In this document: one piece after another, positions 53,510 to 64,000 of the stretch
How positions within the stretch are numbered: the first letter of the stretch is position 1
Layout: every line of letters starts with the position of its first letter
Origin: Eledone cirrhosa
Lineage: Eukaryota
Assembly (NCBI GenBank): GCA_964016885.1
Contig: OZ024743.1
Location: 73,346,001 to 73,410,000, forward strand
DNA length: 64,000 nucleotides
Direction: 5' to 3'
The notes under the pieces: generated by a model
The model's input: the letters and a program-made list of their open reading frames with translations, nothing else
Told to the model about the DNA's origin: nothing
Database searches by the model: none
Made by a program: the position numbers and the translations under genes

Positions 53510-53972
53510 CATATACATATATACATACAGGTACACATACATATATGCACGCATCAGTTTAGCGGACGTTTATTACAACGCCGCTTTGTTCGTTTGTTTG
53601 TCAACAAACCGAACAGCCTGAATTTATGCCATACGGTGTTAAGGCAACCGCGTCACCTTTTTGTTCAACACTGACACAGGAACGATGTACTAGTTTCAAG
53701 CTTGTTAGCTATCATCAGCACCGTTTACCCATCTGCCAGATAGTTGAACGTTCGAAAGTATATACTTTCCTTATGAAAATTAACGGCTGAGCAGCCTAAT
53801 TTGCATATTGAGTGAGTTAAATCGGTCAGGCATACCGAAAACGATAAGTTGAAAAAAATGAAAACGAAATTTCATTTCTCACTCTTAGTATGGCACTTAC
53901 TTAAATGTAAGTATGTATGTATACGTACATACATATATGTATACAGACGTACAGTAGCATGCATATATATAC

Positions 53973-54023
<51 letters not shown>

Positions 54024-54486
54024 CATATACATATATACATACAGGTACACATACATATATGCACGCATCAGTTTAGCGGACGTTTATTACAACGCCGCTT
54101 TGTTCGTTTGTTTGTCAACAAACCGAACAGCCTGAATTTATGCCATACGGTGTTAAGGCAACCGCGTCACCTTTTTGTTCAACACTGACACAGGAACGAT
54201 GTACTAGTTTCAAGCTTGTTAGCTATCATCAGCACCGTTTACCCATCTGCCAGATAGTTGAACGTTCGAAAGTATATACTTTCCTTATGAAAATTAACGG
54301 CTGAGCAGCCTAATTTGCATATTGAGTGAGTTAAATCGGTCAGGCATACCGAAAACGATAAGTTGAAAAAAATGAAAACGAAATTTCATTTCTCACTCTT
54401 AGTATGGCACTTACTTAAATGTAAGTATGTATGTATACGTACATACATATATGTATACAGACGTACAGTAGCATGCATATATATAC

Positions 54487-54537
<51 letters not shown>

Positions 54538-55000
54538 CATATACATATATACATACAGGTACACATACATATATGCACGCATCAGTTTAGCGGACGTTTA
54601 TTACAACGCCGCTTTGTTCGTTTGTTTGTCAACAAACCGAACAGCCTGAATTTATGCCATACGGTGTTAAGGCAACCGCGTCACCTTTTTGTTCAACACT
54701 GACACAGGAACGATGTACTAGTTTCAAGCTTGTTAGCTATCATCAGCACCGTTTACCCATCTGCCAGATAGTTGAACGTTCGAAAGTATATACTTTCCTT
54801 ATGAAAATTAACGGCTGAGCAGCCTAATTTGCATATTGAGTGAGTTAAATCGGTCAGGCATACCGAAAACGATAAGTTGAAAAAAATGAAAACGAAATTT
54901 CATTTCTCACTCTTAGTATGGCACTTACTTAAATGTAAGTATGTATGTATACGTACATACATATATGTATACAGACGTACAGTAGCATGCATATATATAC

Positions 55001-55051
<51 letters not shown>

Positions 55052-55514
55052 CATATACATATATACATACAGGTACACATACATATATGCACGCATCAGT
55101 TTAGCGGACGTTTATTACAACGCCGCTTTGTTCGTTTGTTTGTCAACAAACCGAACAGCCTGAATTTATGCCATACGGTGTTAAGGCAACCGCGTCACCT
55201 TTTTGTTCAACACTGACACAGGAACGATGTACTAGTTTCAAGCTTGTTAGCTATCATCAGCACCGTTTACCCATCTGCCAGATAGTTGAACGTTCGAAAG
55301 TATATACTTTCCTTATGAAAATTAACGGCTGAGCAGCCTAATTTGCATATTGAGTGAGTTAAATCGGTCAGGCATACCGAAAACGATAAGTTGAAAAAAA
55401 TGAAAACGAAATTTCATTTCTCACTCTTAGTATGGCACTTACTTAAATGTAAGTATGTATGTATACGTACATACATATATGTATACAGACGTACAGTAGC
55501 ATGCATATATATAC

Positions 55515-55565
<51 letters not shown>

Positions 55566-56361
55566 CATATACATATATACATACAGGTACACATACATAT
55601 ATGCACGCATCAGTTTAGCGGACGTTTATTACAACGCCGCTTTGTTCGTTTGTTTGTCAACAAACCGAACAGCCTGAATTTATGCCATACGGTGTTAAGG
55701 CAACCGCGTCACCTTTTTGTTCAAAACTGACACAGGAACGATGTACTAGTTTCAAGCTTGTTAGCTATCATCAGCACCGTTTACCCATCTGCCAGATAGT
55801 TGAACGTTCGAAAGTATATACTTTCCTTATGAAAATTAACGGCTGAGCAGCCTAATTTGCATATTGAGTGAGTTAAATCGGTCAGGCATACCGAAAACGA
55901 TAAGTTGAAAAAAATGAAAACGAAATTTCATTTCTCACTCTTAGTATGGCACTTACTTAAATGTAAGTATGTATGTGCCATACTAAGAGTGAGAAATGAA
56001 ATTTCGTTTTCATTTTTTTCAACTTATCGTTTTCGGTATGCCTGACCGATTTAACTCACTCAATATGCAAATTAGGCTGCTCAGCCGTTAATTTTCATAA
56101 GGAAAGTATATACTTTCGAACGTTCAACTATCTGGCAGATGGGTAAACGGTGCTGATGATAGCTAACAAGCTTGAAACTAGTACATCGTTCCTGTGTCAG
56201 TGTTGAACAAAAAGGTGACGCGGTTGCCTTAACACCGTATGGCATAAATTCAGGCTGTTCGGTTTGTTGACAAACAAACGAACAAAGCGGCGTTGTAATA
56301 AACGTCCGCTAAACTGATGCGTGCATATATGTATGTGTACCTGTATGTATATATGTATATG

Positions 56362-56412
<51 letters not shown>

Positions 56413-56875
56413 GTATATATATGCATGCTACTGTACGTCTGTATACATATATGTATGTACGTATACATACATACTTACATTTAAGTAAGTGCCATACTAA
56501 GAGTGAGAAATGAAATTTCGTTTTCATTTTTTTCAACTTATCGTTTTCGGTATGCCTGACCGATTTAACTCACTCAATATGCAAATTAGGCTGCTCAGCC
56601 GTTAATTTTCATAAGGAAAGTATATACTTTCGAACGTTCAACTATCTGGCAGATGGGTAAACGGTGCTGATGATAGCTAACAAGCTTGAAACTAGTACAT
56701 CGTTCCTGTGTCAGTGTTGAACAAAAAGGTGACGCGGTTGCCTTAACACCGTATGGCATAAATTCAGGCTGTTCGGTTTGTTGACAAACAAACGAACAAA
56801 GCGGCGTTGTAATAAACGTCCGCTAAACTGATGCGTGCATATATGTATGTGTACCTGTATGTATATATGTATATG

Positions 56876-56926
<51 letters not shown>

Positions 56927-56994
56927 GTATATATATGCATGCTACTGTACGTCTGTATACATATATGTATGTACGTATACATACATACTTACAT
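50246..56994. mobile_element. Retrozyme-like tandem array B: 514-bp unit, ~11.15 units (HHR on -) plus ~2 inverted units (HHR on +)
   Basis: 514-bp periodicity, also visible in the ORF track; inversion at 55975-55976 (gt microhomology); (TA)n on both sides. Confidence 0.9.
56146..56190 (+). ncRNA. Type I HHR of array B (also 56660-56704 on +; 50597-50641 + 514k, k=0..10, on -)
   Basis: aacggtg-CTGATGA-t agct aaca agct t-GAAA-ctag-TA-catcgtt. Confidence 0.85.
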
Positions 56995-57016
56995 ATATAT
57001 ATATATATATATATAT

Positions 57017-57560
57017 AAAGAAAAAGAGATGAAATCGAAAATGCAACTGGAGTCTTATTTTTTTTTAAATATATATATTTATGTGGTTCCTTTACCGGTT
57101 TCGCAGTTCTTCTGCTTTTCAAAAGTAGAGTTGAGATGGAGGGTCTGTGGTTTTTCTCACATCTGGTTGGTCTCTGAATGTTACTTGTTTTGTATGGAAA
57201 AAGTGGCTCGAAATGCCAGGTTTTTCGAGAAGTAATTTGATTGGTTGGTCAATAATTATAATAAATTTCGCGCCAGTTCGCGTTACAATAGTTCTTCAAA
57301 TAAGAGGGGGGGGGGGGTTTCACAGGTTGTTTTTTCATATATGAGTGTTTGAATTTCTTTTTACTTGAAAAAAGAGGGCTCACGAAGGCTTTGTTGGGGT
57401 TGGTTATAAATGAAATTATGGCTGTCACGTGAACAAGTTTTCATTAAATTTTCGCGCCCTTATTTGGAAATCCATTCTGTAGCCTTTTTAGAGAATTTTA
57501 TGATAAGTAAAAGATAATGGTCAAGAGAAATGGGATGGGAGAATTGTTCTGGTTCAGTGA
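57017..57560 (-). mobile_element. Copy of the 31770 repeat family with a variant HHR core at 57089-57126
   Basis: High similarity to 31832-32042. Confidence 0.6.
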
Positions 57561-57642
57561 ATATGGTTAGTTTGCTGGGGTGTCAGAATTCAGATCTTCT
57601 ATTGAATAAAGAAAGTAAAGATATGTATGTTTATTTGTGTGC

Positions 57643-57737
<95 letters not shown>

Positions 57738-57803
57738 AATTTCTTTTTACTTAAAAAAAGGGGGCTCACGAAGGCTTTTGTTTAATAAACGTGATTTGAT
57801 TGG

Positions 57804-61024
<3,221 letters not shown>

Positions 61025-61029
61025 AACAA

Positions 61030-61664
61030 AGGAGGTGTGGTAAGGATCCAGATGGACCATAACGCACCAGAGTACGTAATACTCTTTCGCCTAGCCCGAG
61101 GCAGCCCATCGGGCTTTTGTAGCCTCAGTACACCGACCCCAGTAAAATATATATAGCATTGGCCGAAAACGCAATACCAACTAAAAATATAGCAGCTGCT
61201 TTAGACTCTAGAGATTTTTTTATTACTTTTTACTATTTAATTTTATTATTTTTCCTTTTTTTTATTTATTGTCTTTTAATCTCAATTTATTAACCTTTTA
61301 ATTCTATAACGTCCCTCTCTCAAATTCCTCCAGAATCCTTTTTCGCCTGCTTCTTAGCTAGCCTAATTTCATACATACTCCTTAGAATTTGGTGTATAGA
61401 ATTCACTTTCAACGCTTGACCGGCTCCACTCACTCCCTTATTGTTCTACAGGCAAGTTCAGCCACCATCACCTCCCACCCACTGATATGAAAGATTTAAT
61501 TGTGTTTACGAGAAATTTTGACCAATTCTTTTGACAACTACAATCTTCCCATATAAGGAATTACCTCTTGAAAAGTTCGTCTATTTATTACCACGCTAAA
61601 AATTCGAATTTAGTCCAGAAATAGCCGTCGAAACGGCTTGAGCTCTGCCGTCGGGGTTAAACAT

Positions 61665-61670
<6 letters not shown>
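61030..61670. mobile_element. Rearranged copy of the 49993 family in (TA)n
   Basis: Left end gtgtggtaag..accagagtac and right end agtccagaaatagccgtcgaaacggcttgagctctg are shared with 49993-50198. Confidence 0.5.
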
Positions 61671-62613
<943 letters not shown>

Positions 62614-63399
62614 TATATACGAGGGGGTGGTTTTCTATTTGCTATATATACACATATATAATTATTATGAGGTGCTAACCGACCAGGGACGTGCAGACTG
62701 CATATGACCATCGACCTTTTAATGCTATATATATTTGTGTGTGTGTATGTCTGTCTGTATGTGTGTGCATGTGTGTGTGTGTGTATGTGTGTCTGTCTGT
62801 CGGTTTGCATGTGTGTGTGTGTATGTATGCGTGTGTGTATTGCTACATTCCGTTTCCATTTCTTTAAAAGTTATATTGGTTACTTATTTCTAGAAATATA
62901 ACAGTAATACCATACATTAGCTACATGATTAAGCTCTTATTTTTCACTCTTATATTATATAGAAAGCAGTCACTTTATATTTCCATTATCCTTTACGCAT
63001 TTTTCCACAGATTAATTTACCTATTTTTGTGATTTTTCTTTTAAATTATATAAATACTATCTTATAAATATATTCCTCGGCATGCTATGTTTATTTTTTA
63101 TTGACAAGTTGCATATTCTAAAATGTTATATACATACACATAGAAATATGCTTGTGAAATATGCCTGTGTGTATTTTTATGTGTAAGTTTATGTATATGC
63201 ATGTATTTATATTCGAAGAGGATAATGTATGTGGATATTTATTGTTTGTTCCTATGTATATATATATATATATATCCGGGAGAGATGACCCCTTAGCCTT
63301 TGTCAAGGCAGAATTCTAGGAGAAGGAAAACTCTGATATAACACCTGCAACCCTGATGGTATCCAATGATGTTGACTTGTTCTTCTTTTTGGTAAATAT

Positions 63400-63690
63400 C
63401 ATCTTGGTTAAGAGAGTGGGACTGGCTTTGTGCAGTGCCTTTGCTCACTATAAAAGCTTCACGGCACAGGCATTGCTTTATATCTGGAGATCTCTCTGCA
63501 TTTGTCGTCACATGGTACCATGGGCCCAGCACTATGTGTCAATAATTGTCACAAGTGTAGTGTTTGTACCAGAGCTTTCAAGTCGCTGGCTGGACTAAAA
63601 AGTCACACTCGTTCAGCGCATCAGTAGGGGTTCTCCTACATGGATATAAAGTAGTGGTCGTACTCGAAAACGAGTTGGCAGCCACCATAT
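63400..63690 (+). mobile_element. RTE-type LINE 3' end
   Basis: [20 protein letters not shown] zinc finger, then a terminal stem-loop (actcgaaaacgagt). Confidence 0.55.
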
Positions 63691-63845
63691 ATATATATAT
63701 ATATATATATGTATGTCTGTATATATATATATATATATATATGTATGTCTGTATATATATATATATATATATGTCTGTATATATATATATATATATATAT
63801 GTATGTCTGTATATATATATATATATATATATGTATGTCTGTATG

Positions 63846-63876
<31 letters not shown>

Positions 63877-64000
63877 CTGTATATATATATATATGTATGT
63901 CTGTATATATATATATATGTATGTCTGTATATATATATGTATGTCTGTATATATATGTATATATATATGTATGTCTGTATATATATGTATATATATATGT
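63690..64000. repeat. Compound (TA)n / gtatgtct microsatellite
   Basis: Direct inspection. Confidence 0.95.

Noticed and set aside
50251-57122. Repeated 75-aa and 72-aa ORFs in array B (and 60-aa ORFs in array A) as a tandem gene family
   Set aside because: Non-ATG starts or YI/YT microsatellite translations, antisense to the HHR, and not conserved between the two related arrays

Overview
This is eukaryotic, AT-rich, microsatellite-dense DNA made almost entirely of transposon-derived sequence. The SINE families suggest an octopod cephalopod (inference). I found no confidently supportable host exon, and most short ORFs in the track are microsatellite or antisense artefacts. Ordinary content: RTE, Tx1/L1, R4/Dong and CRE-like LINE fragments, tRNA-derived SINEs, and Tc1/mariner elements. 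The distinctive content is a set of (TA)n-embedded, inverted insertions. (i) Penelope-like elements (PLEs; RT + GIY-YIG), including a young 7.3-kb head-to-head copy with two open ORFs. (ii) Several mini inverted PLE termini carrying type I hammerhead ribozyme (HHR) motifs. (iii) Two non-coding tandem arrays: a 466-bp unit (~5 copies, 32089-34422) and a 514-bp unit (~13 copies, 50246-56994). The two array monomers differ in sequence but share one HHR per unit, a covarying multi-hairpin fold and the same terminal site. They also share the inverted, staggered-end, TA-embedded architecture of the neighbouring PLEs. Best interpretation: retrozyme-like (probably circular) ribozyme RNAs copied by rolling-circle reverse transcription using PLE machinery. 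All pairings and alignments were done by eye, and clade names are tentative.
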